Position numbers and translations under genes: made by a program. From assembly GCA_964402155.1 (NCBI GenBank), contig CAYOAY010000002.1:1-56662 (forward strand): a stretch of 56,662 nt of DNA, in the 5' to 3' direction. Source of the stretch: an uncultured Muribaculaceae bacterium. Its GTDB lineage: Bacteria > Bacillota_I > Bacilli_A > RF39 > UBA660. The notes beneath the pieces were generated by a model. It made no database searches. It was given only the letters and a program-made list of their open reading frames with translations, and was not told the DNA's origin. Shown here in pieces: positions 30,671 to 40,996 of the stretch; within the stretch, counting starts at the first letter, position 1; every line of letters begins with the position of its first letter.

Positions 30671-31438
30671 ATGAGAAATAAAGTTGAAATTACAGGTGTT
30701 AATACATCAGAACTAAAAGTGCTTCCATCTGATGAAGCTTTAGTATTAATTAAGAAAAGTCAAGAAGGGGATAAAGAAGCGAGAGATATGGTTGTTGAAG
30801 GAAACTTAAAACTGGTACTTAGTGTTATTAAGAAATTTAATAATCGAGGAGAAAACTTGGATGATTTGTTTCAAGTAGGTGCTATGGGTTTATTAAAAGC
30901 AATTGATAATTTTGATTTTTCACATGGTGTAAAGTTCTCAACCTATGCGGTGCCAATGATTATTGGTGAAATAAGAAGATACTTAAGAGATAATTCTAAA
31001 ATTAGAGTATCTCGCTCTATGAAAGATATTGCTTATAAAGCTTTACAATTTAAAGAAAAATATGTAATTGAAAATATAAAAGAACCAAGCATTGAAGAAA
31101 TTGCGAAAGGAATTGGAGAAGATACAATAGATGTTGTTGTTGCACTCGAGGCAATTCAAGAACCAGTTTCTATTTATACCCCTATTTTTAATAATGGTGG
31201 TGATGAAATTTATTTAGTAGACCAAATACCAGATACTAGTATGACGGAAGAAAAAAGATTAAATAAGATGATTATTGATGAAGGAATAGCAAGACTTAAT
31301 CCTCGTCTTAAAAATATTATTTATGACAGATATTATGATAATAAAACGCAAATGGAAATTGCTGAAGAACTAGGAATATCACAAGCTCAAGTATCAAGAC
31401 TAGAAAAAAGTGCATTAAAAATAATTTTTAATAAATGA
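30671..31438 (+). CDS. sigG: forespore sigma factor G
   Basis: MRNKVEITGVNTSELKVL...GNLKLVLSVIKKFNNRGENLDDLFQVG...KFSTYAVPMIIGEIRRYLRDN is near-collinear with Bacillus SigG. AGGAGG (30657-62) is 8 nt from ATG 30671, versus 2 nt from the track start 30665. Confidence 0.93.
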   Translation: MRNKVEITGVNTSELKVLPSDEALVLIKKSQEGDKEARDMVVEGNLKLVLSVIKKFNNRGENLDDLFQVGAMGLLKAIDNFDFSHGVKFSTYAVPMIIGEIRRYLRDNSKIRVSRSMKDIAYKALQFKEKYVIENIKEPSIEEIAKGIGEDTIDVVVALEAIQEPVSIYTPIFNNGGDEIYLVDQIPDTSMTEEKRLNKMIIDEGIARLNPRLKNIIYDRYYDNKTQMEIAEELGISQAQVSRLEKSALKIIFNK

Positions 31439-31475
31439 GAAAATACTATTGGTATTTTCTTTTATTTTTTTATTT
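31439..31475 (+). terminator. rho-independent terminator
   Basis: GAAAATAC / GTATTTTC hairpin (31439-59) followed by T-rich sequence. It contains the ORF-track start 31449 of ung. Confidence 0.7.
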
Positions 31476-31511
31476 ATTTGTAGTATAATATATAAAAGAG
31501 GTATAATAAAT

Positions 31512-32156
31512 ATGAACTGGGAACAATTAATGGAAGAAGAAAACAAAAAGGATTATTTTATAAAATTAAATAAAGAAGTTGAAAAATTATATCAAGAAAA
31601 AACAATATTTCCACCATATGATAATATATATCAAGCATTAAAATTAACTCCATTAGAAAAAGTAAAAGTTGTAATAATTGGACAAGACCCCTATCAAACA
31701 CCTGGCTTTGCTAATGGACTTGCATTCTCCGTTAATCCTGATGTCAAAGTTCCTAAAAGTTTACAAAATATTTATAAAGAATTAGTTAATGAACTTAATA
31801 TTCCATATCCTAGTTCAGGTGATTTATCTTTATGGGCCAAAAAGGGAGTACTACTTTTAAATAGAATTTTAACAGTAGAAGCAATGCATTCATTATCTCA
31901 TAAAAATTTAGGATGGGAAATATTTACAGAAGCAGTTATTAAAAAAGTAAATGAACAAGATAGAAAAATTGTTTTTATTCTGTTAGGAAAAGAGGCAAAA
32001 AGTATAAAGCCATTTTTAAATAATCCTAAACATCTTATTTTAGAAGCACCACATCCCTCTCCCCTTAGTGCTTATCAAGGATTTTTTGGAAGTAATATAT
32101 TTATTAAAACCTGTGAATATTTAGATGAAGATGTTGAGTTTTGGAGGCTATCATGA
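31512..32156 (+). CDS. ung: uracil-DNA glycosylase
   Basis: GQDPYQTPGFANGLAFS, LLLNRILTV, HPSPLSA. Confidence 0.93.
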   Translation: MNWEQLMEEENKKDYFIKLNKEVEKLYQEKTIFPPYDNIYQALKLTPLEKVKVVIIGQDPYQTPGFANGLAFSVNPDVKVPKSLQNIYKELVNELNIPYPSSGDLSLWAKKGVLLLNRILTVEAMHSLSHKNLGWEIFTEAVIKKVNEQDRKIVFILLGKEAKSIKPFLNNPKHLILEAPHPSPLSAYQGFFGSNIFIKTCEYLDEDVEFWRLS

Positions 32157-32674
32157 AACGAAAGTTAATTAAAAAAATATCGGTTTTAGCAATTTTAACA
32201 GCACTGTCAGTTATTTTAAAAAAATTTAGTTTAGATACAGGTGCGTACCGAATTAGTTTATTTGATACACCTTTAATTCTTGCGGGGATAATTGCAGGAC
32301 CATTGTGGGGAATGGCAGTTGGTTTTTGTTCTGATTTTATATATAGTTTAATATCTGGATTTAGCTATTCGTTTATTATGATGTTTTCAGCTTTGCTTTG
32401 GGGCGCTATAGGGGGATTGTTTTATCATAAAAAAGTAAATTTTTGGATTTTATTATTAGTTGTCTTTGTTACATCACTACTTACAACGGGAATAAATACT
32501 ATTCAATTATTTCTATGGTATGGTGTTGACAAAATGATTGTTGGACTTTCAACTAGAATTCCTACAATGTTAATTAAATGGCCAATAACCACATCACTTG
32601 TTTATGTTTTATATCAGCGTGTAATTTTAGTGGTTTTAAAAGATGATGTAGGTGAAGTAAAAAAGAGCTTCTAA
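32153..32674 (+). CDS. ECF-transporter S component, folate-family-like
   Basis: Six-TM 173-aa protein. LSVILKKFSL...YRISLFDTPLILAGIIAGPLWG resembles FolT. ATGA-type overlap with ung. Confidence 0.65.
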   Translation: MKRKLIKKISVLAILTALSVILKKFSLDTGAYRISLFDTPLILAGIIAGPLWGMAVGFCSDFIYSLISGFSYSFIMMFSALLWGAIGGLFYHKKVNFWILLLVVFVTSLLTTGINTIQLFLWYGVDKMIVGLSTRIPTMLIKWPITTSLVYVLYQRVILVVLKDDVGEVKKSF

Positions 32675-32760
32675 ATAAAATATATAATTTAAATAGTTGA
32701 AGAAAAGTAAAAAAATTGATATAATAAATTGGTTTAATTAGTTAGGAGGCTAAAATAAAA

Positions 32761-34278
32761 ATGAGTAAAAAAGATTTAGTTATGTTAGTTATAATGGATG
32801 GATTCGGTATCAGAGAAAATACTTATGGTAATGCTATAGCAGCTGCGAAGAAACCAAATCTAGATAAATTATTTGCGAAATATCCTCATACTTTAATACA
32901 AGCATCAGGAGAAGCTGTAGGTTTACCTGAAGGTCAAATGGGTAATAGTGAAGTAGGACATATGAATATTGGGGCAGGACGTGTTGTTTTCCAATCATTA
33001 ACAAGAGTTAATATCGCGGTAAGAGATAAGAACTTAGAAAAAATGCCAGCAATTAGTGAAGCAATTGAACATGCAAAAAAGAATCACAGTGCTCTTCATG
33101 TAATGGGATTAATGTCTGATGGCGGTGTTCATTCACATATTAATCATATTATTTATTTAATGAATGCTGCTAAAGAAGCAGGAGTAGAACAAGTTTATGT
33201 TCATGCCTTTTTAGATGGTAGAGATGTACCACCAAAATCTGCAAAAGAATATTTAACAATGTTACAAAATGCCTGTGTAGAAGGCGTTAATATTGGTGTA
33301 GTTAGTGGAAGATACTATGCGATGGACCGTGATAAAAACTATGATCGTACGCAACTTGCATATGATGCTTTAGTTTATGGTTCAGCACCTGTTAAAGATT
33401 TATTAAAAGGAATTGATGACTCTTATGAAGAAGGTATAACAGATGAATTTGTTAAACCATATATTGTAACAAAAGGTTCAAATATTAAAGAAAATGATAG
33501 TGTAGTTTTCGCAAACTTTAGACCTGACAGAGCAATTCAAATTAGTACAGCAATTACTAATCCAAAAGCAACTACTCTTTCTAAATATCAAGAATTCAAT
33601 AATTTATGTTATGTTTCAATGATGCTATATAGTGAAAATGTAAAAGGCTTAGTTAATTTTGATGTTCAAAAATTAGATAATATGTATGGCGATGTAATTA
33701 GTGAAAGAGGTTTAACTCAACTTAGAATTGCTGAAACCGAAAAATATGCACATGTTACATATTTCTTTGATGGTGGTGTTGATAAAGAATTATCAGGTGC
33801 AACGCGTATTTTAATTCCTTCACCAAAGGTTGCAACATTTGATTTAAAACCAGAAATGAGTGCATATGAAGTAACTGATTATGTTCTAAAAGCAATTGAA
33901 AGTAAAGAATTTGATACAATTATTCTAAACTATGCAAACTGTGATATGGTTGGCCACACAGCTGTATTTGATGCAGCTGTAAAGGCAGTAGAAACAGTAG
34001 ATGAATGTGTAGGAAAAGTATATGAGGCAGTACAAAAAGTTGGTGGTACCTTAATCATAACAGCTGACCATGGAAACGCAGATGAAATATTTGATGAAAA
34101 CGATCAACCTTTCTCTGCTCATACAACTAATCCTGTTCCTTTCCTAGTAACTAAGGAAAATGTTATTCTTCATGAAACAGGTAATTTAGGAGATATTACA
34201 CCAACAATGTTAGAACTTTTAAATGAAGCTAAACCTGTAGAAATGACAGGACGTAGTATGATTAAAGAATATAAATAA
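32761..34278 (+). CDS. gpmI: 2,3-bisphosphoglycerate-independent phosphoglycerate mutase
   Basis: MDGFG, GNSEVGHMNIGAGR, ADHGNA. Extended -10 TGaTATAAT at 32717-25. Confidence 0.95.
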   Translation: MSKKDLVMLVIMDGFGIRENTYGNAIAAAKKPNLDKLFAKYPHTLIQASGEAVGLPEGQMGNSEVGHMNIGAGRVVFQSLTRVNIAVRDKNLEKMPAISEAIEHAKKNHSALHVMGLMSDGGVHSHINHIIYLMNAAKEAGVEQVYVHAFLDGRDVPPKSAKEYLTMLQNACVEGVNIGVVSGRYYAMDRDKNYDRTQLAYDALVYGSAPVKDLLKGIDDSYEEGITDEFVKPYIVTKGSNIKENDSVVFANFRPDRAIQISTAITNPKATTLSKYQEFNNLCYVSMMLYSENVKGLVNFDVQKLDNMYGDVISERGLTQLRIAETEKYAHVTYFFDGGVDKELSGATRILIPSPKVATFDLKPEMSAYEVTDYVLKAIESKEFDTIILNYANCDMVGHTAVFDAAVKAVETVDECVGKVYEAVQKVGGTLIITADHGNADEIFDENDQPFSAHTTNPVPFLVTKENVILHETGNLGDITPTMLELLNEAKPVEMTGRSMIKEYK

Positions 34279-34287
34279 TTAAACTTG

Positions 34288-34327
34288 AAAGGCATAAGGA
34301 CAAAAGAACTTGTTTTATGCCTTTTTA
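34288..34327 (+). terminator. rho-independent terminator
   Basis: AAAGGCATAA / TTATGCCTTT followed by TTT. Confidence 0.75.
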
Positions 34328-34390
34328 ATATTTATTTAGTAATTAATTATTGTTTTAATTTTAAGTATAAAAAAATAATATTAAAACATT

Positions 34391-35761
<1,371 letters not shown>

Positions 35762-35769
35762 TAATAAAT

Positions 35770-35806
35770 AAGGAATTCGTTTATCTTTTAAAACGAGTTC
35801 CTTTTT
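35770..35806 (+). terminator. rho-independent terminator
   Basis: 13-bp stem (one G-U pair) AAGGAATTCGTTT / AAACGAGTTCCTT followed by TTTT. Confidence 0.8.
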
Positions 35807-35957
35807 ATAAAATAGGAAATAATTATTAAACTATTTTATAAAAAACATTATTTAATATCAATAATATTTACTTATAGTGTCTTATTTAAAGAGAGGTAAA
35901 AGATTAAACAAGAATATTTAAGTTAATTATATTGATAATAATTTAGAGGAGCTCTTT

Positions 35958-36152
35958 ATGGATAAAAGAATTATTGACTTAATTAAACAAAAAGACGAAG
36001 ATGCCTTTGAAGAATTATATGCAGAATATAAAAATCTTGTTTATTATGTTATTTACCAAATCGTAAGAGATCATGATGCTACAAGTAGATTATTACAAGA
36101 TACTTTCTTAACTGTTTATAATAAGATTGATCAGTTACAACTTATACAATAA
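35958..36152 (+). pseudogene. 5' stump of an ECF (group 4) sigma-70 factor gene
   Basis: The 64 codons encode only the first region-2 helices (DAFEELYAEYKNLVYYVIYQIVRDHDATSRLLQDTFLTVYNKIDQL). The rest of region 2 and all of region 4 are missing. Confidence 0.65.
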
Positions 36153-37325
36153 AAATTAATTATGTTTATGATTTTGATGATGGATATGGCAGTAGAGAAA
36201 TAAATACCGAATATCAATTTACAACATTAAAACAAGATTTGACATATAATTTATCTATAACAGGTATTACTAAATCTGGATTTATGTTGAATCATTATTT
36301 AGTAGACCCTGATTTTATAGCTACCTTTAAATCAGTAGATATATATCTTGGAAAGGCATTAGTAAAGCAAATTACTTCTTATAAAGAAGTGGTAGTTGAT
36401 GGTTTACTTGCTGAACACACATATAAAGTAGTAGTTACCTTTGAAAAAGATTTAAATACAGGAATTCAAGATTCATCTTATACATACTATGTAACAACTG
36501 ATAAATATGAAAAACCAACTATTGATATTTCTTTATATAGTAGTAAAACTAGTATAAGTTATGATTATATTTTGAATGATCCATTTAGTATAGCTATTTT
36601 TGTAGGTGCAGAAATATATTTTAATAATGAAAAACTAAGTGATACTTCTAGTAATATATTTGAAGGATTATATAGTGATAATATATATACGGTTAAACTA
36701 TTATTCTTATGTGACTATCATAATGGAAATGAACAAGTGCTTGAAACATTTGAAGAAAAAATTAGAACTTTACAAGTTTCTGATATTACTTTTAACATCA
36801 ATGTTGATGCACAAAAAACTAAAATATTATATCAACATAGTATTGTTGATGTTGATAATATAGCTTCAATAAAAGAAGTTAGATTATATCATGGTAATAA
36901 GTTAATTAAAACAAATACTTCACTTGATAATAAATCATTTGACAAATTATATAGTAATACAATATATCGTATTGTTTATATTGTTGAAAAAGATTATCAT
37001 AATAACGCAAGTATTATCATAACAGAATATGAAAAAGAAGTTATTACAAAATCACTTGATGCACCAAGGGTTAATATGATTCTTACTTCGACTGTTGATA
37101 CAATTAGTTATGAATTTGAATCTATTGATAATGATGATATTTTAAATTTAGATAAATTAGATATATATTATAATAATACTTTAATTAAATCAATAACAAG
37201 TTTTACTAACCATATTTCAGGACTTGAGGCTAATAAAAAATATCGATTAGTCCTTACTTATAGTTATGATTTAAATGATTTACAGGGTAAGGTTACTAAA
37301 GAAGAAGTAAAAGAATATTCTACAC
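36131..37325 (+). repeat. tandem coding repeat of about 270 nt (4.4 copies)
   Basis: Each unit ends Y-x-[IV]-x-[IVL]-x-[FYV]-x-x-D...(T/S)T. Examples: YKVVVTFEKDLNTGIQDSSYTYYVTT, YTVKLLFLCDYHNGNEQVLETFEEKIRT, YRIVYIVEKDYHNNASIIITEYEKEVIT, YRLVLTYSYDLNDLQGKVTKEEVKEYST. A partial unit sits upstream of TTG 36239. Confidence 0.8.
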
Positions 37326-40303
37326 TTGTAAGTATACTTGAAGTTAAAAATGTTAATTTAGTTGATACAGAAAATCCAAAAACTAATCAAAATATTAATG
37401 TTAACATTGAACTTAATAATCCTAGTAGGGCGAAAGTTACGACGATTACAATTAATGGCATCGTATCTCCTGTAATTGGGGGAGATGGCATCTCTAATGC
37501 AATTGTTTCTGTCAAGACTTTAAGAGAAAGTGGTGAAATGAAAATTGTTGTTAATAAACTAGGATATAGCATTAATGACAATTTAATTGAAACGTTAATA
37601 AACAAAAATAATACATTAATTGTAAATGTATTTAGTCGACTTGATATTGTTGAAATAACACTTGTTGATGGCACTGAATTTAATAAACAAGATTTAGATA
37701 AAGGATATGTTATTAAAATTGATAATCCTAATGGTTATATTGTTAAAAGAATAATGTTTAGTAGTGATATAGATATTAGTTTAGAAAAAGATACATTAAA
37801 AATAATTGACGATAATCATCTTTTCGCAAGCTTTTTAGTTTTTACTTCAAATAAAAAGTGTGATATTGTATCACTTACTTATATGGATACAAATGGAAAT
37901 GAAACAACGAGAATTTACAGTGATACAATTGAGTTATCATATACTGATATCGTAGCTGATATTGACACTAATGCCTTACTTGTTCATGAAGTATCTACAC
38001 CAGAAGAGTTTATGAATATGAAAGAGCATTATATTTATGAACTTGCATGTGATATAGATATGACTGGTTATAAATGGGAACCTTATAAATTTTATGGTTA
38101 CTTTAATGGAAAAGGACATACAATTAAAAATTTAAGTTATATTCATGAAGATGAATGGGAATTTGTTTGGGATTATGATAAAAGTTGTCTAATTTTTAAT
38201 TTATTTGTTTTAGATAAAGAAAGTACCTTTAAAAATGTTTTCTTTGAAAATCTATATGTTGATATTGATTCAACTTTTGTAGATTATGTAAGAGATTATA
38301 GTGCTGCGGAATATATAAATATTACTGGAAATACATCTCTATTTAAGGGCAGTTCTAGTAACAAAGAAGAGCGACCAACATTTGAAAATGTATTATTAAA
38401 TGGTAGTATTAATATAAAATCTAATGGTAAATTTATTGGTGGTTTTACTTTATATACTGATTCAACATATGTAGTTGATAAACTTACAATTAATAATACT
38501 TTATATAGCAAAGAAAACATTATTTCTTATGATACATTTAATTCTGATAGTTTTAGAGTAGATACTTTAAACTGGAAATTTAAAGATGATGTTGTTAAAA
38601 ATTATAATGGCTTTATATATAAAGTGATTGATAATAGCTATATTATTATTACTGGATATAATGGTAATAATTCTGATGTTATAGTTCCTACTGAAATTGA
38701 AGGACTTAAGGTTGTAGGTATTAGTGATTTAGCATTTAAAGATAATTTAGTAATTGAAAACTTTACATTAAATAATTCATTATATTATTTAGGATGTTCT
38801 ATTTTATCAGGATGTAAAAATATTAGAAAAATTACTATTAATGATAATATTGTTGCACTATCTTCTTTATTTGGTAATCGCCAATATGATAATAGTTACA
38901 CATTAGGATATGGCTATATTCCTAAAAAATTAAAACATTTAGTTTTAAATGGTAATTATAAAACGGCAATTAATTCATCTCATGTAAATTATAGTTCATT
39001 AGAAAAATTTGAGTTTAGTGGAATTAATCATTTTGAAGACTTTGCATTTGGCAATTGTGAAAACTTAAAAACGGTATACTTTGATGGAACTATAGATGAA
39101 TGGTTTAATATTAATTTTGAAGATTATATGAGTACTCCAATGTATTATGCAAGTAATATTTATTTTAAAAATTCTGATAATGAATATGAAGAAGTAACGG
39201 AAGTTGTTTTACCTTCTAGTGTGAGTAAAGTAGGTGCTAATTTATTTAGAAATTTTAGCAAGCTAAAAAAGGTAGTTATTCCAGAAGGGGTTGAAACTAT
39301 TAACGTAAGAGCGTTCGAAAAATGTACAAAATTATGTGATTTATTCCTTCCCGCAAGTTTAAGGGAATGTAACTCTTTCGCATTCATTAATTGCAATATT
39401 CAAAATATATATTATGATGGAACTATAAGTGATTGGTGTAATATATTAATGGCAGATCGTGATGCTAATCCAACAAGAACATATACTAATTTTTATATTA
39501 AAGATGAATCAAATAATTATAAGTTATTAACTGAGCTTGTGATTCCAGATAATATCACAACAATTAATGATTATTGTTTTAGAAATTTTAGTTCAATTAG
39601 TTCAATAACGATTCCGTCTAGTATAAAAAATATTCCTTGTGCTGCTTTTGCTGAATGTGCTGGTTTAGTTAATCTTAAAATAGAAAATGGAGTAACTATC
39701 ATTGAACAAGGTGCCTTTGAAGATTGTGGTGTACTTTCTAATATATGGTTACCAAATTCAATTACTTACATCGACTTACATGCATTTAGTAGCTGTTTTA
39801 GTGTTGAAAATCTATATTATGATGGAACAATTGAAGATTGGATTAATATTACTTTTGAAGGTGTAGATAGTAATCCAATGTGTAATGGGAAAAACATTTA
39901 TATGAAAAATAGTCAAAATGAATATGAAATAGTAACCGAACTTGTAATCCCTGATAATATTTCGGTTATTCCAAAATATCATTTTATGCACTTTAATTCG
40001 ATAGAAAAACTAGTAATACCATCAACAGTTAAAAAAATTGAAACATCTGCTTTCGAGTACTGTAAAAACTTAAAAGAGATTATAATTGAAGATGGTTTAA
40101 CATCAATAGAAGACTACGCATTCTTAGGATGTGAATGTGAAAAAATATATATTCCTCTAAGTGTAACTGCCATCGGCACAGAAGTTTTTTGGAATTATGG
40201 TAACATATATTGTGAAGCAAAATCTAAACCAAATGGTTGGAGTAGTAATTGGAGCTATTACAATGGCAATATTATATGGGGTTATACTAAAAATCAAGAA
40301 TAA
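36239..40303 (+). CDS. giant repeat/BspA-type LRR surface protein, apparently 5'-truncated
   Basis: The frame is open from 36131. The first start candidate is TTG 36239, with no SD and no signal peptide. Layout: four roughly 90-aa tandem modules, a central region with the GYFNGKGHTIKNL motif, then C-terminal LRR_5-like units. Confidence 0.75.
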   Translation: MTYNLSITGITKSGFMLNHYLVDPDFIATFKSVDIYLGKALVKQITSYKEVVVDGLLAEHTYKVVVTFEKDLNTGIQDSSYTYYVTTDKYEKPTIDISLYSSKTSISYDYILNDPFSIAIFVGAEIYFNNEKLSDTSSNIFEGLYSDNIYTVKLLFLCDYHNGNEQVLETFEEKIRTLQVSDITFNINVDAQKTKILYQHSIVDVDNIASIKEVRLYHGNKLIKTNTSLDNKSFDKLYSNTIYRIVYIVEKDYHNNASIIITEYEKEVITKSLDAPRVNMILTSTVDTISYEFESIDNDDILNLDKLDIYYNNTLIKSITSFTNHISGLEANKKYRLVLTYSYDLNDLQGKVTKEEVKEYSTLVSILEVKNVNLVDTENPKTNQNINVNIELNNPSRAKVTTITINGIVSPVIGGDGISNAIVSVKTLRESGEMKIVVNKLGYSINDNLIETLINKNNTLIVNVFSRLDIVEITLVDGTEFNKQDLDKGYVIKIDNPNGYIVKRIMFSSDIDISLEKDTLKIIDDNHLFASFLVFTSNKKCDIVSLTYMDTNGNETTRIYSDTIELSYTDIVADIDTNALLVHEVSTPEEFMNMKEHYIYELACDIDMTGYKWEPYKFYGYFNGKGHTIKNLSYIHEDEWEFVWDYDKSCLIFNLFVLDKESTFKNVFFENLYVDIDSTFVDYVRDYSAAEYINITGNTSLFKGSSSNKEERPTFENVLLNGSINIKSNGKFIGGFTLYTDSTYVVDKLTINNTLYSKENIISYDTFNSDSFRVDTLNWKFKDDVVKNYNGFIYKVIDNSYIIITGYNGNNSDVIVPTEIEGLKVVGISDLAFKDNLVIENFTLNNSLYYLGCSILSGCKNIRKITINDNIVALSSLFGNRQYDNSYTLGYGYIPKKLKHLVLNGNYKTAINSSHVNYSSLEKFEFSGINHFEDFAFGNCENLKTVYFDGTIDEWFNINFEDYMSTPMYYASNIYFKNSDNEYEEVTEVVLPSSVSKVGANLFRNFSKLKKVVIPEGVETINVRAFEKCTKLCDLFLPASLRECNSFAFINCNIQNIYYDGTISDWCNILMADRDANPTRTYTNFYIKDESNNYKLLTELVIPDNITTINDYCFRNFSSISSITIPSSIKNIPCAAFAECAGLVNLKIENGVTIIEQGAFEDCGVLSNIWLPNSITYIDLHAFSSCFSVENLYYDGTIEDWINITFEGVDSNPMCNGKNIYMKNSQNEYEIVTELVIPDNISVIPKYHFMHFNSIEKLVIPSTVKKIETSAFEYCKNLKEIIIEDGLTSIEDYAFLGCECEKIYIPLSVTAIGTEVFWNYGNIYCEAKSKPNGWSSNWSYYNGNIIWGYTKNQE
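39077..40210 (+). repeat. three tandem LRR super-modules
   Basis: Y[FY]DGTIxxWxNIxF...NPM...NIY[FM]KNSxNEYExVTE[LV]V[IL]P units begin at 39077, 39410 and 39815. Confidence 0.8.
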
Positions 40304-40310
40304 CAAAATA

Positions 40311-40340
40311 AAATCTTCAATTTAATTTGAAGATTTTTTT
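40311..40340 (+). terminator. rho-independent terminator
   Basis: AATCTTCAA-TTTAAT-TTGAAGATT followed by TTTTTTT. Confidence 0.8.
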
Positions 40341-40353
40341 GACAATAAATGTC
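40341..40353. promoter_or_regulatory. operator-like palindrome upstream of wHTH gene 1
   Basis: GACA-ATAAA-TGTC. TTGACA (40339-44) overlaps it. Confidence 0.45.
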
Positions 40354-40397
40354 AATTATAAAAAATATTTGTGTCTTATTATGTGAGAGGTGGAATC

Positions 40398-40637
40398 ATG
40401 AAGTTAGTAAAGACACAGGTATGTATCTACATTTATGAAGAATTATTAAATAATAAATATATTGATATTGAGGATGTTAAAAATAAATTTAATTTAGAAA
40501 ATAAAACTTTTTTTAGATATATTAATGAGATAAGGTCATATTTATATAACTTTTATAAGGGAAGAGAAATTGTTTATGTTCGTTCAAAACAAAAATATAA
40601 GCTTGTGTCATTTGATGAAATCGAGGGAGTTATATAA
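40398..40637 (+). CDS. small winged-helix DNA-binding protein (paralog 1)
   Basis: 79 aa. ATG 40398 behind SD GAGAGGTGG. HTH-like NKTFFRYINEIRSYL followed by a wing-like EIVYVRSKQKYKLV. Confidence 0.7.
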   Translation: MKLVKTQVCIYIYEELLNNKYIDIEDVKNKFNLENKTFFRYINEIRSYLYNFYKGREIVYVRSKQKYKLVSFDEIEGVI

Positions 40638-40639
40638 AA

Positions 40640-40671
40640 AGACAATTTATGTCTATATCTTTTGTTATAAT
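40640..40671 (+). promoter_or_regulatory. operator-like palindrome plus extended -10 upstream of wHTH gene 2
   Basis: AGACA-ATTTA-TGTCT (40640-54), then TGtTATAAT (40663-71). Confidence 0.5.
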
Positions 40672-40699
40672 ATGTATATATGAGATTTAGGAGTAAATT

Positions 40700-40942
40700 A
40701 TGAAATTAGTGAAAACCCAAGTTTGTTTATACATTTATGAACAATTGATGAACGAAAAATATATTTTTGTTGATGACATTAAATGTAGGTTTAATCTAGA
40801 AGATAAGACATTTTCACGCTATATTAATGAAATTAGATCATATTTATATAATTTCTATAAGGGAAAAGAAATATTGTATATACGTTCAGAACAAAAGTAT
40901 AAACTGGTTACATTTGATGAAGTAGAAGAAACTGCTTTTTAA
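40700..40942 (+). CDS. small winged-helix DNA-binding protein (paralog 2)
   Basis: 80 aa. About 73% identical to paralog 1 by hand alignment. SD TAGGAG. Confidence 0.7.
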   Translation: MKLVKTQVCLYIYEQLMNEKYIFVDDIKCRFNLEDKTFSRYINEIRSYLYNFYKGKEILYIRSEQKYKLVTFDEVEETAF

Positions 40943-40950
40943 AAATAAAA

Positions 40951-40990
40951 AAACGTAGATTAATGAATCGATTGATTCTTATCTACGTTT
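40951..40990. terminator. bidirectional terminator
   Basis: AAACGTAGAT / ATCTACGTTT outer stem with inner GAATC/GATTC pairing. An A-run precedes it and a T-run follows. Confidence 0.75.
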
Positions 40991-40996
40991 CTTTTT

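Noticed and set aside
32100-32160. THF riboswitch expected upstream of a folT-like ECF S-component gene, and a preQ1 riboswitch near tgt (13691-13831).
   Set aside because: The folT-like gene overlaps ung, leaving no leader. The tgt upstream region contains only a terminator hairpin and a promoter, and I could not see a preQ1-like pseudoknot motif.
36128-36152. Programmed frameshift fusing the sigma stump to the 1354-aa ORF in the 22-nt overlap.
   Set aside because: I saw no slippery heptamer or downstream structure. The product would be a cytoplasmic sigma fragment fused to extracellular repeats, which makes no biological sense. A deletion scar explains the data better.
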